This document shows, one piece after another, positions 1 through 10,515 of a stretch of DNA of 64,000 nt. The stretch spans positions 19,292,658-19,356,657 of the forward strand of contig NC_087073.1 of NCBI RefSeq assembly GCF_026151205.1, read 5' to 3'. Source of the DNA: Bolinopsis microptera (taxonomy: Eukaryota). Both the position numbers and the translations under genes were made by a program. The notes beneath the pieces were generated by a model that saw only the letters and a program-made list of their open reading frames with translations, did not search any database and was not told the DNA's origin. Each line of letters begins with the position of its first letter. Position 1 is the first letter of the stretch.

Positions 1-2091
1 GTGAATTTATATCTGGAAGATAACCAATTAAAACAAATTAATAAAGGGTTGTAAAATAATTGGGTTAAATAGGACTACAATATTAATTTAACTCTCATAT
101 CTCATAACTTAGTCTTAATGTCCATTTACCCCAATAATTGAAGTAGTAGCGAATGTGGCGAGGGTGAAGCGATTAAATAGGATGATTCACGAGGTCGCTG
201 TTCCGGTTCTCTCTCTCTCTCAAGGAATAAGAATATAAAGTGGCGATCTGGTCTTTTCATATAGTGGAATGTCAACTAGAACTGAACCATCTTGCATGGT
301 CATCTCGAGGATCTAACATAGTGACGAACGGTTCTCGAGGAAGGAGGGGGGAATCAATCTGAAGTAAGATAATTATAAGTACGGAGCGTTTAAGTAGTGA
401 CAATAATCAGATTGATTAAGTTAAATTAAGGGAAAATCTATCGTAGGAACCTCTTAATGAAGACGTAATAAACTTACGAAGCAATACGACTGGTGGAGCT
501 TAGGTGAGGACAGGCAGAGCAAGTGGGGTGGGTATCACCGTCATATTGCCTGGAAATTAATAACTATTAGAACTAATAATTAGTACACAGGAAATAACTA
601 TAATACTACAATCGTCGACTTTAACGAGTGGAAAAGTGCTATGATTATGAACGATGGATTAAGGTTTACGTAAGATTTTTACCTCAGGAAAGGAACTCCA
701 TAGCCTAATTCTGGAAGGATCTATCGGGAACAGGTAGTACTAGTAGTGCGAGGAATCTGATGAGATATTATGTATATTAACGGCATATTAAGCATTATAC
801 GACGGAAATTGACCTAAGTACGAACTAATCTTTAAGGTCAACCTTTTGATACGAATGCAATCAATGACAATAACATGATCAAGAACTTAATCTAAATTAC
901 GAACCTATAATAGAAATGAGTAACATGTGGAGAGAGAACGGACACAGCAGAACAAGACCCCGGGCCATGATAGGAGACAGGTGAATGCAGAAGGCGAAAG
1001 GCAGCCAGCAGCAGGCGAGCTTCCCTTTTTGTATAGTGCTGGTTGACAGGTCTTTGGGGAGTTGAAGGGGGAGTTGATTCTCATGGCACTCTTGTAACAC
1101 CTCGGCTAGTTCGTCAACACAATAATCAACAATCAATGCTGTTAAAATAATTGTAAGTATTCTTTTAACTATAAGTTCTAATAAATTTGAAACTTTAACA
1201 ATCTTTAAGCCACTGCTTTTCCCACCGGGAACGTCACAATTCCAAATAACTACTAATTTACAACGGCTTAAAATACTAACTACAGCTTCACGCCGTGAGA
1301 CATCTCAATCATACAAACCTTACAACTTTCAGCTTGTTACGCTGACTCCAAATATTTTCTAAATTGATAAAGACTTTAAATTAATCGACCGACTACCCGT
1401 CTCTCAGTACAAATATTTTATAAGATACTAATACAGGCCGTGAGATATTTGCAAACCTGTTCACCCTCAATTCACTATACCCCTACCTAACACCGGGCCA
1501 GACCATTATATATATTAACAATGGTCAAGTATACCCAGCAAAAGTTACTGGCTGGTGGTGGTACTAGAGGTGGTTTAATTTAAACAGACGGCTAGACCTC
1601 GCGCGCGACATTAAGCATGATTTGCACGCGTGGCGCATTCCAATCTTCAAGCAGCCAGCAAGTGACACAATTCAGCCAATCAAAGTACAGGAATCTGCAA
1701 AGTTAAAGTTGCAAACTTTTGAGCGGCCCAAAATGACACTTTTCTGAAGATTTGTAGATAACTCCAAATTTACGTTGTTTTAAATGTTCCCCCTGGGGGA
1801 AAACGTTACTTTTACAAGACGAACATGTTGCAAAAAACCGGAAATCTCTAATTACTCTTTTACTTTAAAAGTTAGGCCCCATCCAGTAAGGGTTTCTGGG
1901 AAAATCACACTTTTTGGTTTAATTCAAAATTTAAATTGACCCAAATAGTGCTCCTGGGGCGCTCCTACTAAATCGCTCGCCCAAATTTTAAGAAAATTCT
2001 TGTGAAAAGGCCCTTTGGGCATGAAAGTGATCTGGATCGGTGTATTTTTGGACGCTGATTCCGAATCACCCCCCATGACGTAGTAGTAGAG

Positions 2092-3055
2092 GCTCTTACG
2101 GGCAAAAAGACGTGTTTTCTGCTACGAGTTTAGAGACCTAACCGCTAATTGGACACAATAGTATGATGTCTAAGGATCGATAATATGTTAAGAAGTATAA
2201 ATTTGGCCTTATTAGTCACGTGCTATACCAATGCGCGTTTTAAACTTTGACAGTCTATTACTCTAAGGCAAATAGAGTAATTATATTCATATTTTGTCAG
2301 CAATAAAATCACATTATTTTCTATTTGGTGTGAAAATATGAGCTAGAACGGACATAATCTCGCTGAGTTATAGCTGTTTGAAATTTATGATGAACGCGCA
2401 GGAGCCAATTGATAACAACTAAATGCTTTTGCGCGTAGTGCGCGTCGAAAATTTGGCAAAAACGCTTGCGGAGTGACAATATTCAAACTTCGATAAACTA
2501 TATGAAGTGGGTACTTCTTTGTAGGTTTACAACCTACCAGGACGCGCGCCGAGTTGGACTCGTCGACGGTGGAAACAGATATATTGGAACAGATATTTTA
2601 CGAGTATCACCCGTTAAGTACTTCTCGGAAAGGAAAAATTTAGGCAAACACGATGTGACTATTTTTGGGTTGATTTAATACAACTGCAAAAAATTATTCA
2701 AACTTCAAGCAAAAAAGTCAAAATTTTTACCACTTTTTTGGATTTTTACCCCCAAAAAAATAGAGGGATTTTTCAAATTTTTATATCATCTTGTGCGGCT
2801 GTGTTTTAGCTATCTCCATGCAAGTTTTGCCGACATGCCAACAAAATTAACTTGTTCAAAATATCAAAAAACATGGTTTTTTTGGCCTATTTTTTGCCCA
2901 AAAATCGGTTTTTTGCAATTTTACCCCCAAAAAGTCGGTCCAATCATCTTTAAACCACTGTTAATCGATTCTACGGTCAAAAATACGTCTAGTAAGGTGT
3001 ATCTGGGGTCCCTAGCGTATCGAGCAGACAATGCCCGTAAGAGCCTCTACTATAG
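2092..3055 (+). mobile_element. Non-autonomous TIR DNA transposon, copy A (about 965 bp)
   Basis: Perfect 18-bp terminal inverted repeats TAGAGGCTCTTACGGGCA at 2092-2109 and TGCCCGTAAGAGCCTCTA at 3038-3055. A second copy lies inverted at 13313-14285, sharing about 40 bp at one end and about 550 bp at the other, with a different internal segment. No long ORF. The small ORFs 2466-2678 and 2793-3206 lie inside it and are not genes. Confidence 0.5.
2519..2627 (+). mobile_element. 109-bp micro-element nested inside TIR transposon copy A, flanked by 8-bp target-site duplication GTACTTCT
   Basis: The flanks are GTACTTCT at 2511-2518 and 2628-2635. The uninterrupted copy B of the host transposon has a single GTACTTCT at the homologous site (read as reverse complement near 13750), so this is a true insertion with a TSD. 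The element begins TTGTAGGTTTACAACCTACC, a perfect 8-bp hairpin, and ends ACCCGTTAA. No TIRs. Confidence 0.55.
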
Positions 3056-3225
3056 GGTTAAAATGCTTCCCTGGAGAGTTATGGGCAAAAAACCGTTTTG
3101 GTCACGTGACAGGCTAGTAAAATATTACCTGGGGACCTCAGGCTATTATGTTCATAAACATAGAATAGAGATTCGGCGGAATGACAGGCTGAGCGCGGCC
3201 AAGTAAGTAAAATACGAATTCGATT

Positions 3226-3312
3226 GTTTAGGGCCGGGTTAGGGTTAGGGTTGTGGTAAGGGTTATGGTTAGCTTCGGGGTTATGGTTAGGGTTAGGGTT
3301 GGGATTAGGGTT
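3226..3312. repeat. Interstitial telomere-like repeat, degenerate (TTAGGG)n
   Basis: gggttagggttagggttgtggtaagggttatggttag...ggttagggttagggttgggattagggttt read directly from the sequence. Confidence 0.7.
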
Positions 3313-3929
3313 TATGTAAAACCGTTTTGTACGGCTGCAAAACCATAAAAACCAAAGTCACGTGAAATTTTTGGGCGAGCGAATTAGTAAGAGCCCTCCT
3401 GGGGAGCTAACTTTAAATTTAGTATTTACGAGACGGAAATCTTCTTGAAAACCGGAAGGTTCTATTTATTTTACTTTTAGAGATAGACCCCAGCCGGTAG
3501 GGTGGGCTGGGTTAATTTTATATTCAGACCTCGAGATTACAATTTATTGATTACAATTTATTTTCTGCTTCAAGCTTCCACGCAAGATGTAAAATTTTTC
3601 TGCTTCCTCTGTCGGGTAGACTTATTTGGAACCGGTTCTTTACACTTTAGAGTTATGTACCGCTCAAACAAGATACCTCTTATTATTTTGTTATTCCCAT
3701 TGGCCATTAATTGGTTGTTTGCATGTATATAAATTATAATACTTATAGTAAACATCTGTTGTAATCAAGTTTTATCACTACACAAAGAAGACGCTGGAAT
3801 TTGTAACTTAATCCAAAAAGCAAATAACAATATACACACTAACAAACTATTTGTAAACTGCATCGGCAAAAATTGTCATCACAGCGATAAGTACGTCTTA
3901 TTATTTATAGTTATAACTTCAAATATGCA

Positions 3930-5100
3930 CCAGGTTCACACTGCACAGTTACCATGTTCCCGACATTGTCTCTAGGTTCACACTGCACAGTCTACATGTT
4001 CCTGACATTGTCTCTAGGTGCGCACTGCACAGTCTCCATATTCCTGACCTCGTCTCCAGGTGCACACTGAACAGTCTCCATGTTCCTGACATTGTCTCTA
4101 GGTTCACACTGCACAGTCTACATGTTCCTGACATTGTCTCTAGGTGCGCACTGCACAGTCTCCATATTCCTGACCTCGTCTCCAGGTGCACACTGCACAG
4201 TCTCCATGTTCCTGACCTCGTCACCAGGTGATACTGCACAGTCTCCATGTTCCTGATCTCGTCTCCAGTTCACACTGCACAGTCTCCATGTTCCTGACCT
4301 AGTCTCCAAGTGCACACTGCACAGTCTCCATGTTCCTGACCTCGTCTCCAGGTTCACACTGCACAGTCTCCATGTTCCTGACCTCGTCTCCAGGTTCACA
4401 CTGCACAGTCTCCATGTTCTTGACCTCGTCTCCAGGTTCACACTGCACAGTCTCCATGTTTCTGACCTAGTCTCCAAGTGCACACTGCACAGTCTCCATG
4501 TTCCTGACCTCGTCTCCAGGTTCACACTGCACAGTCTCCATGTTTCTGACCTAGTCTCCAAGTGCACACTGCACAGTCTCCATGTTCCTGACCTCGTCTC
4601 CAGGTTCACACTGCACAGTCTCCATGTTCCTGACCTCGTCTCCAGGTTCACACTGCACAGTCTCCATGTTCTTGACCTCGTCTCCAGGTTCACACTGCAC
4701 AGTCTCCATGTTTCTGACCTCGTCTCCAGGTTCACACTGCACAGTCTCCATGTTCCTGACCTCGTCTCCAGGTTCACACTGCACAGTCTCCATGTTCATA
4801 ACCTCGTCTCCAGGTTCACACTGCACAGTCGCCATGTTCCTGACCTCGTCTCCAGGTGCACACTGCACAGTCTCCATGTTCCTGACCTCGTCACCAGGTT
4901 CACAATGCACAGTCTCCATGTTCCTGACCTCGTCTCTAGGTTCACACTTCCAAGTCTCCATGTTTATGACCTCGTCTCTAGGTTCACACTGCACAGTCTC
5001 CATGTTCCTGACCTCGTCTCCAGGTGCACACTGCACAGTCTCCATGTTCCTGACCTCGTCACCAGGTGCACACTGCACAATCTCCATGTTCCTGACCGCG
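3930..5100. repeat. 42-bp minisatellite, about 28 tandem units
   Basis: Unit GGTTCACACTGCACAGTCTCCATGTTCCTGACCTCGTCTCCA with point variants. It lacks stops in several frames on both strands, which produces the artefactual ORFs 3949-4248, 4118-4777, 4582-5139 and 4905-5135. On the minus strand it encodes the 14-aa repeat ETVQCEPGDEVRNM. Confidence 0.9.
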
Positions 5101-7403
5101 ATCATGTTCACCGACCATCTCCACCCTGCCAATAGGTAACCAACAGCCTTTTTGTATAGGTCGCTATAGAATAAGGGATTCAGAAAACTGTTGCCTGGGA
5201 TGACCACCAGAGCGAACACCTCAAAGACTGAAGGTGGTACTGGTTGTTTGGAAATGAGCTGGTAATAGACTGTTGCTATGATAAAGGGTATCCATGCTAT
5301 GAGTTGACTTCCGATCATAAGAGCTACTTTTAGTGTTAGAGATCGTGTAATGTCCACCTTTTGTGCTTCTTGTAGAACCGCAACACGTGCTTTACTCTTT
5401 CTATCTTCCAGCAATATTTTGGTGTATGTTACAAGTACTGTGACCAACAGTACTGCCAGAGTTGTGCAGTAGAGAAGTTTGTAGATCTGATAAGATTCCT
5501 GGAGTTTGAAGATGTTGTGGACACATAATCCGGTGTTACCGTAGTAACCTATCTCTTCACTATCGAATATGCTTCCATTTGAAGTCGTGTTTCGGAGCTT
5601 TTCCAGCATGGCGTTTGTGTTAGTTTCCGTAGAAAATGCACCCTCGTACATTATTTTAATTCTAGGTAGGTCGATAGGATTTTTGCTAAAAAATGGATTA
5701 TCATCAAGATGAGTGAAAAATATTTCCGTCCTAAAAATATCCTGTACAGCAGAAATGGATAGGAGCGGAAGAATAGCATGAGCTACATTTAGGAGAAGAC
5801 CTAAAGCGGATCCTAAGACGACCATCCTTGTTTTTATTTCCCAAACCATACTGGTGCAATTCAGCCATCTGATCACACTAACAGATGCGACAGTTAACAA
5901 GGAGCCATGGGAGGATACAGAGAAGAGCACACCAAGACTAGAGCACGATATGCTCGCTCGCCACTTTCTCTCCAACAAGCAGTAGTCGCCTTTGAATCGG
6001 AGCACTGTATCGGCTATAACGATACAGCACAGATATAATCCCATCAGCAGATCGTAGAAGAATATTTGGAGACGGAAAGTTCTGTCAATTCGACCGGTCT
6101 TTGAATCCTTCTGGGAGCGATAGCATTTGTATCCCTCTACAGAGTTGATGATGACGATGAAGAGGCCCATAAAAATTGTGACTACTAGAACCGGTATGGA
6201 TCGAATAAGGAACTTTGAGGAGGACAAACTTCCCAGGTCACATGTCCCACATTCATCACTACCGTCAGCACAATCCTTCACATGATCACATACTTTGTCA
6301 GGATCAACCCACTCTGCTGTTGAGTTTGGGCTGCAATAGAACCTGCCCGGACATCCAATTTCATCTGCCCCATTTTTACAGTCTTGCTTTTCATCACACA
6401 ATGCTGTTACGTGGAAAGACTCTGTTCCAGATCTAAACGGATCTTTCTCACAGTCAAAAACGAAGTCGCTCTCTGACCATGAATCACTAAATACGTGATC
6501 ACAAAATTGTACCCAATTTTCCACCACGAAGTCTGTTTCGTTAGTGCAGTTATATTTGCAATAAGATGACACGAAATTTATTGGATCCTCACGCATTGAT
6601 GACATAAATGACTGGTAGTTATGTCGGTATTGTCTAAGACACGAGTACAAGGGAGACATTTTATCAGGATCCCGAAAAGCCTCCTCACATTTATCAGCGT
6701 CACTCTTATCTGGAATAGTACAATTCAAATTAGTTGACAGGCTACCCAGGCACGATACAGCGGGCAAACAAATGGGAGTGCTGCTGATTACCGGGCAAGA
6801 TATCTTCACAGAATCTTCACAGTAACATTCATCAGACCCATCAATGCAGTCCTGGGTACCATCACATAGACCGTCGAACGAGATGCAGCCTGAGCCGTCA
6901 AAGCAGTAGAAAACTTCAGTCAAGTTATTTTTGCAGCCACACTCATCAGTGAGACACTGGGACACACCATCACAGAGATTCTTATCAGGCAGAGAACAGG
7001 TCCATACTGCATCTTCATCACTTGCAATCTCATCGACATAATCTGTGGGGTCAATCTCTCGGAAATCACTTGCAATCTCATCGACATAATCTGTGGGGTC
7101 AATCCCTCGGACGTGGCCTTGGTAAGGGTCGAAGTTGAACCGACATATTGTGGAACTATTCCCTAGTTCTTTGGCCGGTTTATGATTATCATAATATCCA
7201 GGAAACATGAACAGCATTCGAGAATATTGGAAGCATTTTGTTATTATCTCTGTGTCGCTCATGGGCAAATAGGGATGCTGTCCGTTATACTTCGCAAATT
7301 CAACTGTAAACATTCTCCCCTGAGGACCAGTGCCCGGGACTTGAAATGGAAAGAGCGACAGAAGAAGCAGCAAGAAGACACCCCAAGATGGAATATCCCT
7401 CAT
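4551..7403 (-). CDS. Rhodopsin-like GPCR with N-terminal LDL-receptor class A (LDLa) modules. The ORF runs into the minisatellite, so the 3' end is uncertain and the functional CDS probably ends near 5100-5150
   Basis: A single 950-aa ORF. N-terminal signal peptide MRDIPSWGVFLLLLLSLFPFQVPG. LDLa signatures CFDGSGCISFDGLCDGTQDCIDGSDE and CSPNSTAEWVDPDKVCDHVKDCADGSDECGTC. Seven hydrophobic segments, with an NPxxY motif (NPLFYSDLYKK) in the last helix. After that the ORF continues through about 13 copies of the minisatellite-encoded 14-mer. Confidence 0.7.
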   Translation of the reverse strand: MRDIPSWGVFLLLLLSLFPFQVPGTGPQGRMFTVEFAKYNGQHPYLPMSDTEIITKCFQYSRMLFMFPGYYDNHKPAKELGNSSTICRFNFDPYQGHVRGIDPTDYVDEIASDFREIDPTDYVDEIASDEDAVWTCSLPDKNLCDGVSQCLTDECGCKNNLTEVFYCFDGSGCISFDGLCDGTQDCIDGSDECYCEDSVKISCPVISSTPICLPAVSCLGSLSTNLNCTIPDKSDADKCEEAFRDPDKMSPLYSCLRQYRHNYQSFMSSMREDPINFVSSYCKYNCTNETDFVVENWVQFCDHVFSDSWSESDFVFDCEKDPFRSGTESFHVTALCDEKQDCKNGADEIGCPGRFYCSPNSTAEWVDPDKVCDHVKDCADGSDECGTCDLGSLSSSKFLIRSIPVLVVTIFMGLFIVIINSVEGYKCYRSQKDSKTGRIDRTFRLQIFFYDLLMGLYLCCIVIADTVLRFKGDYCLLERKWRASISCSSLGVLFSVSSHGSLLTVASVSVIRWLNCTSMVWEIKTRMVVLGSALGLLLNVAHAILPLLSISAVQDIFRTEIFFTHLDDNPFFSKNPIDLPRIKIMYEGAFSTETNTNAMLEKLRNTTSNGSIFDSEEIGYYGNTGLCVHNIFKLQESYQIYKLLYCTTLAVLLVTVLVTYTKILLEDRKSKARVAVLQEAQKVDITRSLTLKVALMIGSQLIAWIPFIIATVYYQLISKQPVPPSVFEVFALVVIPGNSFLNPLFYSDLYKKAVGYLLAGWRWSVNMIAVRNMEIVQCAPGDEVRNMETVQCAPGDEVRNMETVQCEPRDEVINMETWKCEPRDEVRNMETVHCEPGDEVRNMETVQCAPGDEVRNMATVQCEPGDEVMNMETVQCEPGDEVRNMETVQCEPGDEVRNMETVQCEPGDEVKNMETVQCEPGDEVRNMETVQCEPGDEVRNMETVQCALGD

Positions 7404-7466
7404 TTACCCTCTATTCAAGTGTTTTGAAATACGAGCTGTGTTCCTTGAGAGAGCTGACAATGACTG

Positions 7467-7875
7467 AGGAAGAGTGTTACTGTTGCTGCTAGGGTTTGAC
7501 CTTTTATACGCTAATTTGAGAGAATTACACAATACTCTTGGTCCCCAGCTACTTTACTGGCATTCATTTAGTTCGGTGCCACACAATAGATTATTGTATT
7601 CATATTAGAGATCAAAATATTAGAAAATAGTGCATTCAAGTGTAATAAAGGGTGCACTGTGCAGGTGGGTTTCTTGAGAGAACTGAGGACGACAGTTGCT
7701 GTTAGAATTTTACCTTTTATACGCTAATTTGAGAGAATTGCACAATACCCTTGATCCCCAGCTACTTTACTGGCATTCATTTAGTTCGGTGCCACACAAT
7801 AGATTATTGTATTCATAGAGATCAAAATATTAGAAAATAGTGCATTCAAGTGTAATAAAGGGTGCAGGTGGGCCT
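7467..7875. repeat. Tandem duplication, two copies of about 210 bp, directly upstream of the GPCR start codon
   Basis: 7470-7660 and 7690-7875 are near-identical (ctaatttgagagaattacacaatac...gtgtaataaagggtgca). A partial third copy sits at 8788-8830. Confidence 0.8.
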
Positions 7876-8489
7876 TCAACAGAAATTTTGCAGCATGGTG
7901 GGTCACTCTCATCCTACCATCTGGAACTTCCTACAAGCTGTTTACGTGGAACAGTCCACGGCGGATGAGATGATACTCAAGGAGAGCTACGGGGACGCTC
8001 ATCCTGCTAAACGAGCCCGTCAAATCACGAAGGACCGCCGACTAGCCCACCTAGTTGAAGTATATAATGTCAGGACCTCGTCTCACAGGACCTCGTCTCA
8101 CACCTGGACATGCTGCAAAATGTGATGGCTGAGGAGTGAAATGTTATTTTGATATTTGTTAACTATATTATTGATTTTTCGTAATTGTTTGTAATATTAA
8201 TAAGTTTTATCGATTTTATCATCCTAATATCACATGTGTTATTGATTACGAGTTTTAAAAACATAATTTTATTCAATATTCAAATTTTTTGACCGACCAA
8301 TAATCTTAAATAAAATTAAAGATGCACTATAATATTAGTAATGAAATATTTATTATGAAAATGTTATATATAACTCCATGACTCTTTAATAAAGTTATCA
8401 TCGTAGAATGTCATGACCATAATCAATCACGAGTTACAATGTATAACTTAGCTTCGTTGATTGTTCAATCTTCAAATTTTCAACCGCTA

Positions 8490-8795
8490 TAGAGCGGTAT
8501 GTTATAGGAGGGTACCGCTCTAGAGTCCTGATGTTATGGGAGGGCCGCTCTACAGTCCTACTTCCGACCGGCCTACAGTCCACCGCTCAACAGTCCACCG
8601 CGACCGCTCTACAGTCCTCATTTTAGGATCGTACCGCTCTAAAGTCCTCATGTTGTGAGATCTATAAGGGCGGCCGCTCTAGAGTCCTACCCTGGCGATT
8701 TGACACCGCTCTACAGTCCCACTTCTGACCTTCACCGACCTACAGTCCTACGCTCAACAGTCCACCGCTCAATAGTCCTGCTCCCGATTATTGTA
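8490..8795. repeat. Degenerate short tandem repeat array, CCGCTCTACAGTCCT-like units
   Basis: Repeated ccgctctagagtcct, ccgctctacagtcct and ccgctcaacagtcc motifs. Confidence 0.6.
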
Positions 8796-9059
8796 TTCAT
8801 AGAGATCAAGATATCAGAAAATAGTGCGTGATCATGACGTAATCTTATAAAAGATTGTATCGATTGCAAGGCAAGAACAGAAATGTTTCGCAAGATTACA
8901 GTTATCAGCTAGCTTTGTTTCCCAGGAAGCCTGCCGTTAGAAACTTTATGTTAAATCCCATTAGTAGCCGAGTCTATAAAAGTCAAACTTTTATCAATCT
9001 TTATACCTAATAGTTGATAATAATAGTTAATAGTAATATGTTTACAGTATGCACTGAAG

Positions 9060-9290
9060 GGGTATCCTAGGAAGTTTCTTGAACTTTGAACAGGTACCCC
9101 TCCTCATTTAACCCTCGTCCCTCGATTAAGTTTCATATCATTCGGCTGAGTCGACCGAGGAGATTACATAGATCCAATGGATCCTTAGCTACTCCCTGGC
9201 CTAGACTAGGTGACACTGGGATTCGAACCCTGAACCTTCTGCGCAGAAGGCGGATGCTCTAACCAATAGGCCACCTAGCCCCTACTTGCG
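9060..9290 (-). mobile_element. tRNA-derived SINE, copy 1
   Basis: On the minus strand there is a tRNA-like head with B-box GGTTCGAATCC, and the body shares AGCTAAGGATCC...GAGGGTTAAATGAGGAG with the copy at 36440-36740. The head fails a canonical cloverleaf because it contains the perfect 16-nt palindrome CCTTCTGCGCAGAAGG, so it is called a SINE or pseudo-tRNA rather than a tRNA gene. Confidence 0.5.
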
Positions 9291-10515
9291 CCAAGTTAAA
9301 AAAGAAAAACCCTCACTTAGATGAGCACATTATTGAAAAAGAAGTGCTATATTACTTTAACTCTAAATTTTGGCATAAAATGAGAACGAGAGTGTCCGCG
9401 AACCTTTACCGTAGACGTTATCTTCCGTAACGGTAAACGCGTTTTCTATTCGAATCACGATTTTTCACGGTTGCCGCGACTTATCGCGATTGTCTCCACG
9501 AATATCTCAGCCCAAAAATTACGTTTTTCTATTCCCAGAAAACCTTACCGCCTGCTGGGCTTGCTAGAGGTGATAGATTTCCAACAGCACGTTTGGTGTC
9601 GCGCGTCACGTCAAGTTTACCTTTCGCACGCTGCATTGAGCCTAGTAGTCATGACAACGACATTTCTTTGCAAAGTTTAAAAGCTGTGATCTTTTATTTA
9701 GCCCAAAATCAAACATTTCGGTTTAATTCAGAATCTACGTCGTCCCAAATTTGGCTCCTGGGGAGCCAACTGTAAATTCACGAGACGGAAATTTTGTTGA
9801 AAACCGGAAGGTTCTATTTATTTTACTTTTGGAGATACACCCCAGCTGGTAGGGTTTGCTGGGTAGAATTACAAAATTCAAAAACTGCAGTTTGTAGATG
9901 ATCGATTAGAATTTTGTATTGATGTAAACTGTAAAGTTGAAAGTGTGCAGCTCTAGAGTTTCAATTTGTTAATTTTCGTACGTATCGATTTTAGATGGCT
10001 CGCTGGCTTTTTATTGACCGTTGTTAATGATCTGGCCCGGCGCGCGCTACTTCGTAGCACTTGCCGTCGGGCTACTTCGAAGAAATTTAGACGAGTAACA
10101 TCCGTCAAGCTTTTTATATAGTTAAATTTTTTATTGTTTTATTATGGAGAGATCAGCGCGATTTTGGCTTTATGTTTGCACTATGTTCTGAGACCTAGAC
10201 ATCGTTACTGAAGAGCGATTTTGGCTAAGTAATAAGTATTGATTCACGATGTAATGTCAATCCTTTGCAGCTCAGTGAAACCCAGTAGTGGTTGCGAGAA
10301 GAATTTTTTGATGCGCGGCGCTGCAGCCCAGTAGTGCATCGCGCTACAAGGCTTAATAGTAATACACAGTTCTGCAGAGGTGTTAAAACATTTTCAATAC
10401 TAGCTTCAGTAACATTTTGAATCAGAAACTCTGTTAACATCAGTTCCTAAAAAGTGGAACAATGGAGTTGAAATGACACAACTAAAAACGATATGAAAAA
10501 ATAATGTGTCAATTC

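Noticed and set aside
897-3206. Small ORFs 897-1136, 2466-2678 and 2793-3206
   Set aside because: They show no coding signal or homology. The latter two lie inside the non-autonomous TIR transposon and its nested micro-element.
3949-5139. ORFs 3949-4248, 4118-4777, 4582-5139 and 4905-5135 on both strands
   Set aside because: All lie entirely within the 42-bp minisatellite, which lacks stop codons in several frames. They are repeat-generated artefacts and not genes.
7862-8125. 87-aa ORF (MQVGLQQKFCSMVGHSHPTIWNFLQAVYVEQSTADEMILKESYGDAHPAKRARQITKDRRLAHLVEVYNV...)
   Set aside because: I could not recognise homology. It lies in repeat-rich sequence upstream of the GPCR. It is left unannotated rather than given a guessed function.
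9190-9290. Possible tRNA genes here and at 36650-36735
   Set aside because: T-arm-like GGTTCGAAT boxes are present. Manual folding does not give canonical D or anticodon arms. One locus has a perfect palindrome in place of the anticodon loop and the other has a 7-bp stem with a 10-nt loop. Both are followed by a shared non-tRNA body, so they are called SINE heads or pseudo-tRNAs.
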